Shown here: piece by piece, positions 1 through 8,540 of the stretch
How the letters are laid out: each line of letters opens with the position of its first letter
Numbering within the stretch: the first letter of the stretch is position 1
Virus record (IMG/VR): IMGVR_UViG_3300048606_000044
Span: 1 to 32,425 of that record
Direction: 5' to 3' (one strand)
Origin: a virus
Taxonomy: Duplodnaviria > Caudoviricetes
DNA length: 32,425 nucleotides
Notes under the pieces: generated by a model
Seen by the model: only the letters and a program-made list of their open reading frames with translations
Databases searched by the model: none
What the model was told of the DNA's origin: nothing
Made by a program: the position numbers and the translations under genes

Positions 1-383
1 CCCTGCCACGCCACCGGCAAGATGCCCGTGCGCGCCGCAACTACCGTCACACAGATGCTCTGGACTGCCGCGTGCCGTGGACCGCAAGCAACCGGGAAGT
101 GTCGGACTTTATCCGCGCCTCGGACTACCGACCGCTGACGTCGCCGAGCTACACGGCCAATTTTACCGTCGGCGGCGAGACTGTAACCTTGTATCGGGCC
201 AGCTCGCGGGGCGAGTCGTGGGGCGAGCCGGGCACAATCGCCGAGATAACCCCCGAGGGGCCACTGGTCGCCTGTGGGATCGGGAGCGTGGTTGTCGAAC
301 AGGCATCAGTAGGCGGCAGAATGCTTGAAACGGAGGACTGGTTCCGAATTGCCGGTCGTAAGGAGCCCCTTTTAGGGCGCTGA
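1..383 (+). CDS. Formyltransferase C-terminal domain (Fmt/ArnA-like), 5'-truncated by the window edge
   Basis: Frame 3 is open from the window start: LPRHRQDARARRNYRHTDALDCRVPWTASNREVSDFIRA...GEPGTIAEITPEGPLVACGIGSVVV. This resembles the Formyl_trans_C pattern Q-D...I-D-W...I-R-A...PGTI...LVACG-G. Confidence 0.7.
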   Translation, partial: LPRHRQDARARRNYRHTDALDCRVPWTASNREVSDFIRASDYRPLTSPSYTANFTVGGETVTLYRASSRGESWGEPGTIAEITPEGPLVACGIGSVVVEQASVGGRMLETEDWFRIAGRKEPLLGR

Positions 384-402
384 ACGCCAGAAAGGCTCGA
401 AA

Positions 403-432
403 GTGTGACTTTTTGGCAGGATAATCGTCTTA
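403..432 (+). promoter_or_regulatory. ECF-sigma-like promoter, copy 1 (GTGTGAC-N16-CGTCTT), upstream of the virion operon
   Basis: gtgtgac tttttggcaggataat cgtctta; the same bipartite motif with an identical 16-nt spacer occurs at 22157 (+) and 28625 (-). Confidence 0.7.
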
Positions 433-442
433 TTAGTACAAG

Positions 443-805
443 GTGATTGATCCAATTACGATCGTAGCTGTTTTTGCAGGTATAATCGGAGTTGTTTTGC
501 CTGCCGCTTGGGCGGTGGGTGTTCGAGCGGGGCGCGCACAAGCTGACGCTGATGTTGCGTGGCTCCGCTCTGAATTGGTGCAGGCAAACGATCGCCTGTT
601 TGCCGCTTCCCGCGAGCCTGGCGTGTCCATTCCGCCGCGGCAGGCTGAGCCCGTGCCAGCCATTGAGTTGCCAGCCGAGCTCGAAGCCCTGATTTCCGAC
701 TGGGAATCGTCCGATGCGCAGGAAAGTCTTCGGCATCAGTTCATGGGGCTGCTCGAAGAGGGGCTGTCGGTGCTCGAGATCAAGAGGCGCCACCTCGAGA
801 GTTGA
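443..805 (+). CDS. Hypothetical protein with N-terminal transmembrane helix
   Basis: GTG start just after the promoter motif; hydrophobic ITIVAVFAGIIGVVLPAAWAVGV; its TGA stop overlaps the next TTG start (TTGA). Confidence 0.7.
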   Translation: MIDPITIVAVFAGIIGVVLPAAWAVGVRAGRAQADADVAWLRSELVQANDRLFAASREPGVSIPPRQAEPVPAIELPAELEALISDWESSDAQESLRHQFMGLLEEGLSVLEIKRRHLES

Positions 806-2172
806 CGCAATACGACTGGACAACCCCAGATCCACGATTTGTTGAGTCAATAGCCCACACGCGGGCGCTCGAGGAAGCGCGCAGGAACTTTGGTTTCCCT
901 GCAACGCTTCCTGAAAGCGCTACGCTATCGGCTGCGTTCGCTGAGATATTTGCTGGTGGCCGTCCCTACCCGGTGCTGCCCGGCGAAGCGGGCGTTGTCG
1001 ACGTCCTGCGGTCCTACGGCGACGTGCGGCGATACGGCGCGATTGGCAACGGTGTCCATGACGACTCACCCGCCTTTCAAAGTGCCGTAGACTTCAACTC
1101 AACGGTGTGGGTTCCAGAGCCGACGGTGGCTTACTTGATTCCCACGCCAGTTACCAGTCTGACGAAAGTCCGACTGATCGGGATTGGCGACTGCCCGCGA
1201 ATCCGTGGGCAGGGACTCACAGCAGCCGAATACATCTTCGACATTGGAATCGCGAACGAGATTCCGGTTAACGGTATCGAAGATGTCGAAATTACCAATC
1301 TCGCCTTCGAGCACGACGGCGTCGGGCCGTACGTCCACAGTTGCATTCGCCTCCGAAATGTCGCCAACTCCAAGTTTCGCAACCTCAAGTTCAAAGAGTG
1401 TAAGTACGGGATGTACGTCACCGGCACTCGCACCTTTACCAACGAGTACACAAATCTTGTAGCTGGCTCGAACGTAAGCGACAACACCGTGCGCTTCGAC
1501 AACTGCCACGGCGGCGGCCATGAGTTCTATGGCGGCACGCTCTCTGGCGGCGTAGATGGGTGTCGCGTAACGGGTTCGACCGGGTCGATGAGTTCGGTCA
1601 ACTTTTACGGCACCAACTTCGAAGGCTGCGGCAACTCGTCGTTCTACTGCGACGTTCACGACATCGTGAGCGTCGGGTTCTTCGGGACGCGCTCCGAGGG
1701 CGTGCTCAGCGAATGGGACTTTGTTTTCATTCCGCCGTCGGGTGGCTATGCCAACGGAATTGCCTTTGCTGGCTGCTATTTCAGCGGCAAGGACGATAGC
1801 CCTAGCCCTGACGCCGAGCACGCCATCGTTTTCAGCGGCGTGAATGGCGGCACGGTGACTGGGGCCTCGGTGCAGGGCTGCACCGCAGAAGATTACACCG
1901 TGTCGTTTATCCGTCCCGAGTCAGACGGCGGCGAGGGAAGTATCGTCTGCGGGAATACGCTGCGGCGCGTTCCGGCCGTGGTCAGTACGGTCCAAGCTGG
2001 GATGATGGTTTTCAACAACATCGACGATGCCGGGAATTTTACGGGGAACCAGAAGTGGAATCCGCCGCTCGCCACGCCCGTACTCAATGCGGCTGCGACG
2101 GATTTGCCGACGGCGGTGGCGCTACTCAACCAGGTTCGAACGCTGCTTCGCAACAACGGACAGGCTACCTAG
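802..2172 (+). CDS. Right-handed beta-helix (pectate-lyase-3-like) tailspike/fibre, putative depolymerase
   Basis: Motif DVRRYGAIGNGVHDDSPAFQSAVD; repeated beta-helix rungs (ITNLAFE, FRNLKFKEC, FYGTNFEGC); C-terminal AATDLPTAVALLNQVRTLLRNNG resembles a fibre anchor/trimerisation helix. Confidence 0.8.
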   Translation: MTQYDWTTPDPRFVESIAHTRALEEARRNFGFPATLPESATLSAAFAEIFAGGRPYPVLPGEAGVVDVLRSYGDVRRYGAIGNGVHDDSPAFQSAVDFNSTVWVPEPTVAYLIPTPVTSLTKVRLIGIGDCPRIRGQGLTAAEYIFDIGIANEIPVNGIEDVEITNLAFEHDGVGPYVHSCIRLRNVANSKFRNLKFKECKYGMYVTGTRTFTNEYTNLVAGSNVSDNTVRFDNCHGGGHEFYGGTLSGGVDGCRVTGSTGSMSSVNFYGTNFEGCGNSSFYCDVHDIVSVGFFGTRSEGVLSEWDFVFIPPSGGYANGIAFAGCYFSGKDDSPSPDAEHAIVFSGVNGGTVTGASVQGCTAEDYTVSFIRPESDGGEGSIVCGNTLRRVPAVVSTVQAGMMVFNNIDDAGNFTGNQKWNPPLATPVLNAAATDLPTAVALLNQVRTLLRNNGQAT

Positions 2173-4551
2173 CTGGAGCTTTCTGTCGGCGCGCCAGCAG
2201 CAGTACAACCGATCGATCCTCAACTAGCACTCGCCGCGGCACTCGCGCGCTCGCGCGGAAAAGAGTACCCGGCCCCCAGCGCACCAGCGCAACTCAAGGC
2301 TGACTACGTCCAGAAGTTGCACGCCTCGGGCGAAGCCGATGCACTCGCGCGCTATCGGCAGTCGACGCACAACCTTCTGTACTACGCCGGCCGTCAGTGG
2401 ATCGACTGGCACAAGAGCGAGCGTACGTGGAAGGATCTGCCCAATCCGGCGGGCGAGCCGCGGTCGACGCTCAATTACATCGAGCCGATCCTGCATTCGC
2501 GCGTCGCGCGCCTCACGTCGAGCTCGCTAACGTGGCGTGTCATCCCGCAGACGAACAGTTACGAGGAGAAGGATCGGGGTAAGGTCGCCGTCGACTTCCT
2601 GAATGCGACGTGGAAGCGAAGCGACATGGACTTCAAGGTGTCGCGGTCGCTGCTCATCGCGTTCTCGTCGGGCGTGATGGCGTTCAAGAGCTTCTGGAAC
2701 AAGAACATCGGCCGCGCAACCCCGGCGACCAAGTTCTTCCCACAACCGCCGACGGTCGACCCCGAAACGGGTACGATCATACCCTCGAAGCCCGTCGAAC
2801 GCTACGTCGACCTCGACGGCAACCCGGTCGAGACAGAGGCCCTGGCTGCGAAGATACGGCCCGGCGACACCGATACTGCCGTGCGCACGGTCTTCAATCT
2901 CCGTCTCAACCCCGAGGCGCAGGGGTGGACGCCGGCCGAAGGCCTCCGCTGGTGCATTGATTCGGAAGTCGTCACGATCGCGACGGCGAAAGAGATGTTC
3001 CCCGCTATCGCCGACCAGATACGGCCAATCGAATCGAACGAAACGAGCCTGACGTACGAGCGTATCGCGCAGGGCACGATCCGTGGTGGCACGTCGACGT
3101 CGGCCAACCCGTTCGTTGGGAGGCAGTCGAGTGGCGGTGTGACGCAGGGTGAGATGGCTGTCATCCGCGAGTTCTGGGAAATGCCCTGCGACTATTTCAA
3201 AGAAGGGCGTCTCATCGTCTCGGTCGGCGGCGCGATCGCGTACGACGGCAAGTTCCCCGACTCGATCTTCCCGTACTCGCCGCTCTTCGACACGCCGGGC
3301 ACGTTCACGCCGTACGGCCGCGCGTCGGTCAATACGATGATCTCGCCTCAGAACGTCATCAACCGGCAGTGGTCGATGATCGTTGCACAGGGCGACGCCG
3401 ACGGGATCGGGCGCTACGTCTCGTGGGCGATACCGGGTGTGCCAGACCAGATCACGTCGAACTCGAACCGCGTCATCCAGATCCCGATGCGGACGGCTGC
3501 GGCCAACCGCTCGATCGGCGACATCTTCCAGCGCATCCCGCCCGGTCAGGTCAGTCAGGACCGGTGGCGATTGATCGAAGAGGCGAAGACCGCCCTGTTC
3601 GACGTCGGTGCATTCCACGAAGTCACGCGCGGGCAAATACCGCCGGGCGTCGACTCGGGTGTTGCTATCGAACGGCTGCTCGAGAGCGAGGCTGGTAGTC
3701 TCAAGGGATCGGTCGACGCGCTCAAGCGTACGCACCTTACGTGGGCGCGGCATCAGTTGACGATCGCGAAGCGGAATTATGGCGCTGACGAGTCTCGGTG
3801 GATTCCGGTAGACCGCCCCGATCTCGAGTACATGGTTGAGTCTGTGACGGGCGAGAAGCTGCCCGACGCCGAGACGATCGTGCTCGACCTCGAGAATTTC
3901 CGGCCGCAGTCGGAAGCCGCGATGCGCGCCGAGGTGAAGGAGTTGATGCAGCTCGGCGTTCTGCCGCCGCGGCAGGGACTTCGGATGATGGATATGGGAC
4001 GCGGTCTTGACGCGGCGTTCGACTCGGCGACTCGCCACTACTCGCGCGCGCGGAAGGAAAATCTTTCTATCCAGCGCGGCGCCCTCAAAGAGATCGCAGA
4101 TCCGCAGGGCTTTCCGACTCTGATTCATCCGGAAGACGGGTCGCCGTTCCTGCTTCCGCAGGACGACGACCACCCAATCCACATCGACGTACACAACGAA
4201 GTCGCGCTCGATGATTCGCAACCGTGGCCCGTGCGCCAGATGATGCTCATGCACATCGCGTGTCACCGCCAGGCTGTGATGCAGCAGACGATCCAGCAGG
4301 CGCAGATGGCGATTCAGGTGCAGGGCGCGCAGGCCGCAGCGACGGCGCCGCCCGCGAAAGAAGCGCCGACGGGCAAGGGCAAGGGCGAGAGTAAGGGCAG
4401 TGAGTCGACCGACGTCAATGTCGAAAAAGGCGCAATCAACGTGACCGTGAGGTTCCCGAAGGTCAACAAGACAATCACCACGCCGAAGGGCGAGGTCTAT
4501 CACGTCACCGAGGAAAGTGACGAGCAGACCGTGACAGCAGAGAGCGAATAA
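2173..4551 (+). CDS. Portal protein (P22/podovirus-like); start probably CTG 2173, ORF track gives TTG 2317
   Basis: Motifs NLLYYAGRQW, LNYIEPIL, G-x-MAFKSFW, YGRASVNTMISPQNVIN, HEVTRGQIPPGVDSGVAI and DDHPIHIDVH. Located before scaffold and capsid genes. The frame is open from 2173. Confidence 0.85.
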   Translation: MELSVGAPAAVQPIDPQLALAAALARSRGKEYPAPSAPAQLKADYVQKLHASGEADALARYRQSTHNLLYYAGRQWIDWHKSERTWKDLPNPAGEPRSTLNYIEPILHSRVARLTSSSLTWRVIPQTNSYEEKDRGKVAVDFLNATWKRSDMDFKVSRSLLIAFSSGVMAFKSFWNKNIGRATPATKFFPQPPTVDPETGTIIPSKPVERYVDLDGNPVETEALAAKIRPGDTDTAVRTVFNLRLNPEAQGWTPAEGLRWCIDSEVVTIATAKEMFPAIADQIRPIESNETSLTYERIAQGTIRGGTSTSANPFVGRQSSGGVTQGEMAVIREFWEMPCDYFKEGRLIVSVGGAIAYDGKFPDSIFPYSPLFDTPGTFTPYGRASVNTMISPQNVINRQWSMIVAQGDADGIGRYVSWAIPGVPDQITSNSNRVIQIPMRTAAANRSIGDIFQRIPPGQVSQDRWRLIEEAKTALFDVGAFHEVTRGQIPPGVDSGVAIERLLESEAGSLKGSVDALKRTHLTWARHQLTIAKRNYGADESRWIPVDRPDLEYMVESVTGEKLPDAETIVLDLENFRPQSEAAMRAEVKELMQLGVLPPRQGLRMMDMGRGLDAAFDSATRHYSRARKENLSIQRGALKEIADPQGFPTLIHPEDGSPFLLPQDDDHPIHIDVHNEVALDDSQPWPVRQMMLMHIACHRQAVMQQTIQQAQMAIQVQGAQAAATAPPAKEAPTGKGKGESKGSESTDVNVEKGAINVTVRFPKVNKTITTPKGEVYHVTEESDEQTVTAESE

Positions 4552-4791
4552 ATGCGAATTGAAGTTTTAGAAGATCGTCTGAGCGACGTAGACGCTGATA
4601 CCGGGCGGCACTACGGGTTGTCGAAAGGCGACATCGTCACCGTGGCCGACAAATACGGCGCTCGCCTCTGTTCGTTCGGCTGGGTGAAGGACGTCGACGG
4701 GAAGGTCGAAACCGGAGAACGGAAACCGGGTGCCGAGGCTCTTGTGGTGAACAAGGCAGCGGTGGGTTCGCGCGGGAGGGTCCGTGGCTAA
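4552..4791 (+). CDS. Small virion-associated protein, first gene of the fibre cassette
   Basis: ATG directly after the portal TAA; KGDIVTVADKYGARLCSFGWVKD resembles small proteins seen before phage fibre genes (recall, unverified). Confidence 0.65.
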   Translation: MRIEVLEDRLSDVDADTGRHYGLSKGDIVTVADKYGARLCSFGWVKDVDGKVETGERKPGAEALVVNKAAVGSRGRVRG

Positions 4792-5158
4792 ATCGATCTC
4801 TGATCCGGTGCTCGATGCGGCCAACGCCAAAATCGCGACCTGCACACGGCTGGTCGTGTGCTCGGGTGAGCCCGCGAACTTTGCTGGTATCGCCGCGGTG
4901 CTACTCGCAAGCGTGGTAATGACCGCAGGCGACGGCAACGGCGATTACGTCATTTCCAACGGCGACACGAACGGCCGCAAGGTTCGCATTCAGCAGCAGG
5001 CGTCAATCTCGATCACGAACTCAGGTACGGCCACACATATCTCGCTCGACGACGGCACCACGCTCCAGGCCGTGACTACCTGTACCTCGCAAGCCCTGAC
5101 GTCGGGCGGAACCGTGACGGTCCCGGTCTACGACTTCGAATTCGCTGACCCGACCTGA
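4784..5158 (+). CDS. Beta-rich virion protein, putative fibre/spike base
   Basis: T/G/S/A-rich beta-sandwich-like sequence (GDTNGRKV, SGTATHISL, QALTSGGTVTVP...ADPT); 8-nt overlap with the upstream gene. Confidence 0.7.
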   Translation: MAKSISDPVLDAANAKIATCTRLVVCSGEPANFAGIAAVLLASVVMTAGDGNGDYVISNGDTNGRKVRIQQQASISITNSGTATHISLDDGTTLQAVTTCTSQALTSGGTVTVPVYDFEFADPT

Positions 5159-5165
5159 TTAGAAA

Positions 5166-7379
5166 ATGGCCGATGTAACCATTGACGGCTCGGTAAGCAC
5201 CTCAACCGCGCGCGGGATGCGAAGCGTGGTATTCACGACCACGCTCATTGGCTACTGGTTCTGCATCGACAGTGACGGAACCTTCGGCTACCGCAAGACG
5301 ACCGACGGTGGGGCAACGTGGGGCGCTGAGGTCGTCATCTCGGCCGCTACGACCAACCTTGCCTTTGATGTCTGGTTTGATAAGTGGACGCCGGGCGATT
5401 CGGGGACGCTGATTCACACGTGGTACTTCGATACCACCGTCAGCGACGTTCTGTACCGCACGCTGGACACCGCGTCGGATACGCTCGGCACGCAGCGGGT
5501 TGTATTCGCGGGCGTCTCGGCGGTAGCGGCGCGCGGCGTGTTCGTGTCCGGTGCCAAGATGCGGAGCGGGTACCTCTACTGCGCCTACGACATCGACGCC
5601 GGCGCCGAGAAGGGACTGCATCGCTCAACCGACGGTGGCCCGACGTGGAGCGCCAGCCTCCTCTCGACCTTCATCGAAGCGACGATCGACCAATGCCTTT
5701 TGTTCCCGGCATCAAACACGGGCGACGACAACGATTGCTGGGCACTCTATCAGGACGCGAGCGCCGACGCGCTGACGTTGAAGATGTGGGACTCAAGTGC
5801 GGTCGGACAGGTTGAGTCGGCCACGATTCAGACGATGGCGGAAAACGTAACTGACCTCACGGGGCAAATGGGGTTCAGTGCATCCGTCCGGAACAGCGAC
5901 GGTCACCTGATTGTCGTCTCGGCCTCTGAGCGTGATACCGCCACGGCTGATGTCCAGGTGTTTGACATCAACGGCACCGGGTCAATCGTTACCAAGACCG
6001 CGATCACGACGAACATCGACGACATCTACTACCCCGCGGTCTTCATAGATCAGTTCACCGACAAAATCTATGTCGCGTACAACGGCTCGAATGATGGTAC
6101 GGAAGTCCTCGGCACATCGTCCAGAGTTTACTACACCGTATCAACGGATGGCGGGACTAGCTGGTCGGCTGAGCAGACGTACAAGGATTTGGTTGACCAA
6201 CTCGCAATCTTCCAGGTCTGGGCGCCATTGACGGGCCCGAGGTTTTTTGTCGGCTGGCGGATTGGCACGACGCTCATTGGGAACGCGGCCAACAGCGTCA
6301 CCTTCTCGGGCTTGGTCACTTTGGTCGTCGCCGACTCCTTGATCGCGCTTGCGGCAGAAACGCCAGCACTCACGCAGGCCAATACACTCGTCGTGAATGA
6401 TGCGCGGTCGTTGCTGGCCGCTGAGAGCCCCGCCCTTGTCCAGGCGAACGTCCTCGCTGTAGCGGATGTGCTAGTCGCGCTTGCGGCCGAGAGTCCGACT
6501 CTGACGGTGGGCGCCATTCTGCTCGCGGTCGCCGATTCCTTGATCGCGCTCTCGTCAGAGTCTCCGGCGCTCGTACAGGCGAATACGCTGGCAGTCACCG
6601 ATGCAGCCATAGCACTCGGCGCCGAGGGTCCTGCACTCACCCAGGCCAACGTCCTCGCTCTCGCAGACGTCTTGATTGCGCTCGCCGTCGAAAGCCCAAC
6701 TCTGGAGTTGGCCGGTGTTCTGGCAGTTGCCGATGCTCTGGTTGCGCTTGCCGTCGACAGTATGGCTCTCACTCAGGCGAACGTGCTGGTGGTTGCCGAC
6801 AGCACGGTGGCGCTGACCGCCGAATCGCCAACACTGAGCACCGACGCGCCGCTGGTCGGCTCTACGCCCGAACTCGGTGCTGGTGGCTCCGGCCGCGGTA
6901 AGGGCGGGTTTGAGCTCTCTGTGTCCATGCGCGCGGCCGAAGCACGCCGCACAGGCAAGGCGAAGCCAGTCAGGGCGCTCGCCGCCGAGAGCAATCCGCT
7001 CGTCAGCATCCCGGCAGTCGTCGAAGCTCCGCGTCGTGTCGTGGCAGTCGAGCCCGTCGAAGTCCAGGCGGCCCCGTTCAAGCCCGCTGCCCGCGCTGAG
7101 CCGATCGATCTCGGCCCGTCGCTCATTCCGGCGCTCGAGGTCCCAGAGCCCGAACTGTTCGACGATTCCGCACTGGACGGGATCCGCGCACGGAAGCAGG
7201 CCGCGTTCGACCGCGAAGCGCACGTCGTCGCAGCGCGCGCCGAGTTGTTCACGCGCCCCGACATCCAGCCCGTTCGTGAACAGAGTCCCGTCGCGCACGC
7301 CGCACTACTCGCACAAGCCCAGAGACAACTACTCGCCAACGAAGAAGAGTTGGCCTGGGTGCTCCTCCTTGCAGCCTAA
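5166..7379 (+). CDS. Fibre/spike protein: BNR/Asp-box beta-propeller, repeat stalk and C-terminal anchor
   Basis: Asp-box motifs TTDGGATW, STDGGPTW and STDGGTSW; eight 22-23-aa repeats; ends EEELAWVLLLAA. Confidence 0.75.
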   Translation: MADVTIDGSVSTSTARGMRSVVFTTTLIGYWFCIDSDGTFGYRKTTDGGATWGAEVVISAATTNLAFDVWFDKWTPGDSGTLIHTWYFDTTVSDVLYRTLDTASDTLGTQRVVFAGVSAVAARGVFVSGAKMRSGYLYCAYDIDAGAEKGLHRSTDGGPTWSASLLSTFIEATIDQCLLFPASNTGDDNDCWALYQDASADALTLKMWDSSAVGQVESATIQTMAENVTDLTGQMGFSASVRNSDGHLIVVSASERDTATADVQVFDINGTGSIVTKTAITTNIDDIYYPAVFIDQFTDKIYVAYNGSNDGTEVLGTSSRVYYTVSTDGGTSWSAEQTYKDLVDQLAIFQVWAPLTGPRFFVGWRIGTTLIGNAANSVTFSGLVTLVVADSLIALAAETPALTQANTLVVNDARSLLAAESPALVQANVLAVADVLVALAAESPTLTVGAILLAVADSLIALSSESPALVQANTLAVTDAAIALGAEGPALTQANVLALADVLIALAVESPTLELAGVLAVADALVALAVDSMALTQANVLVVADSTVALTAESPTLSTDAPLVGSTPELGAGGSGRGKGGFELSVSMRAAEARRTGKAKPVRALAAESNPLVSIPAVVEAPRRVVAVEPVEVQAAPFKPAARAEPIDLGPSLIPALEVPEPELFDDSALDGIRARKQAAFDREAHVVAARAELFTRPDIQPVREQSPVAHAALLAQAQRQLLANEEELAWVLLLAA
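6321..6851 (+). repeat. Eight degenerate 66-69-bp coding repeats (consensus LxVADxxxALAAESPALTQANx)
   Basis: Units read directly: LVVADSLIALAAETPALTQANT, LVVNDARSLLAAESPALVQANV, LAVADVLVALAAESPTLTVGAIL, LAVADSLIALSSESPALVQANT, and four more. Confidence 0.9.
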
Positions 7380-7412
7380 CGCCACAGTCAACCGAAAGGA
7401 ACAAGCGTAACC

Positions 7413-8504
7413 ATGCCATCGATCAACGACGCAGCAAACGACTGGATTAAGGACGGGACCGCAACAGCGGCTCCCGAGACAGTTTCAACACCAGCAGCCG
7501 AAGAGACTATCGAAGCGCCAGCGGTCGCACGCGACCCAGCGACAGGACAGTTCGTATCTACCGCCTCAGCGGAGGTCGCACAGCCGACCGCACAAGGGGA
7601 GATTCCGCCCGCCGCAGAGGCAACACCTGTAGTCGAGGCTGCAGCTGCAGCCGGCGTGACCGTCGAGGAATTCTTGGAAGTCCGGCGCAACGGTCAGCCG
7701 TTCCAAATCCCGAAGGATCTCGAAATTCCGTGGAAGCGCGGCACTGAGTCTGGGTTCCTACCGATCGTCGACGTGCTCAAGAGTCCGATGTTCGAGAAGG
7801 ACTATCGTCACAAGACTCAGGCGGCAGCCGAAGCACAGCGCCAGAACACGATCGATCGCGCGCGGATCGTTGCCGAGAAGGCAGCGATCGAACAGGAGCG
7901 CCAGGCTCTTCGCGACGCCATGCTCGATCCAGAAAAGCTCGAGCAGTACCAGACGCACTACGAGCAGATGCGCACGAATCCGGTCTACCGGAAGAATGTC
8001 GAAGACGCCCTGCAGCTGAGCGTCACGCGTGCTGAATTGAACGTCCGTCTCGAAGATGAGCAGGCACAGGTTAACCGGGAAGCCGCCGAGAACCTGTACA
8101 ACGCCATCGTCGACACGGCGAAGCAGTACCCCGGTGTCGACCCCGACCGTGTCCGTTCGATTTACTCGAAGGGGCTCATCTCGGGTGACATCGCAGAGAT
8201 CACCGAAGCATCGATCCACCAGGTCTACAAGCAGGAAGCAGACTACGTCAAGCAGACCGTCTCGCCACTCCAAGCAACTGTGGACGCGCTCACAGCCCAA
8301 GTCGCTGCCCTCTCGGGAGCGAAGGCCGCAGAAGCGCACAACGCGAACACCGACAGAAAGCTCGCTCTAGCCAAGGCTGCGCCAGTAGTGGCGGCCACGG
8401 GGAACGGGACTGCGGTCGGTACGAGCAATCCGCCCACACAACTCAAGCCGTTCACCTCCGAGCGACTGCCCGACGCAATTCGGGAATGGTCGAAACGAAC
8501 CTGA
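7413..8504 (+). CDS. Capsid scaffolding protein
   Basis: Acidic A/E/P-rich N-terminus with RDPATGQF, KDYRHKTQ followed by coiled coil; sits immediately before the capsid gene; SD-like gaaaggaa upstream. Confidence 0.75.
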   Translation: MPSINDAANDWIKDGTATAAPETVSTPAAEETIEAPAVARDPATGQFVSTASAEVAQPTAQGEIPPAAEATPVVEAAAAAGVTVEEFLEVRRNGQPFQIPKDLEIPWKRGTESGFLPIVDVLKSPMFEKDYRHKTQAAAEAQRQNTIDRARIVAEKAAIEQERQALRDAMLDPEKLEQYQTHYEQMRTNPVYRKNVEDALQLSVTRAELNVRLEDEQAQVNREAAENLYNAIVDTAKQYPGVDPDRVRSIYSKGLISGDIAEITEASIHQVYKQEADYVKQTVSPLQATVDALTAQVAALSGAKAAEAHNANTDRKLALAKAAPVVAATGNGTAVGTSNPPTQLKPFTSERLPDAIREWSKRT

Positions 8505-8540
8505 TCGGCACCACAATTCTGATTGGAGTAGCAAACTAAA

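Noticed and set aside
413-428. Sigma-54 promoter suggested by TGGCA in the motif spacer
   Set aside because: No TTGC -12 element at the required spacing, and the GG is absent in copy 3.
3138-3170. Other GTGTGAC occurrences (about 3138, 10332, 15195, 25874) as extra promoters
   Set aside because: None has CGTC after a 16-nt spacer and all are intragenic.
2527-4503. 658-aa antisense ORF, and many similar R/V/D-rich antisense ORFs in the track
   Set aside because: Shadow frame of the codon-biased portal gene; no recognisable motifs.
6321-6851. CRISPR array or DGR template/variable repeat
   Set aside because: Repeats are in-frame coding units diverged at synonymous sites, with no spacers and no cas or reverse transcriptase gene in the window.
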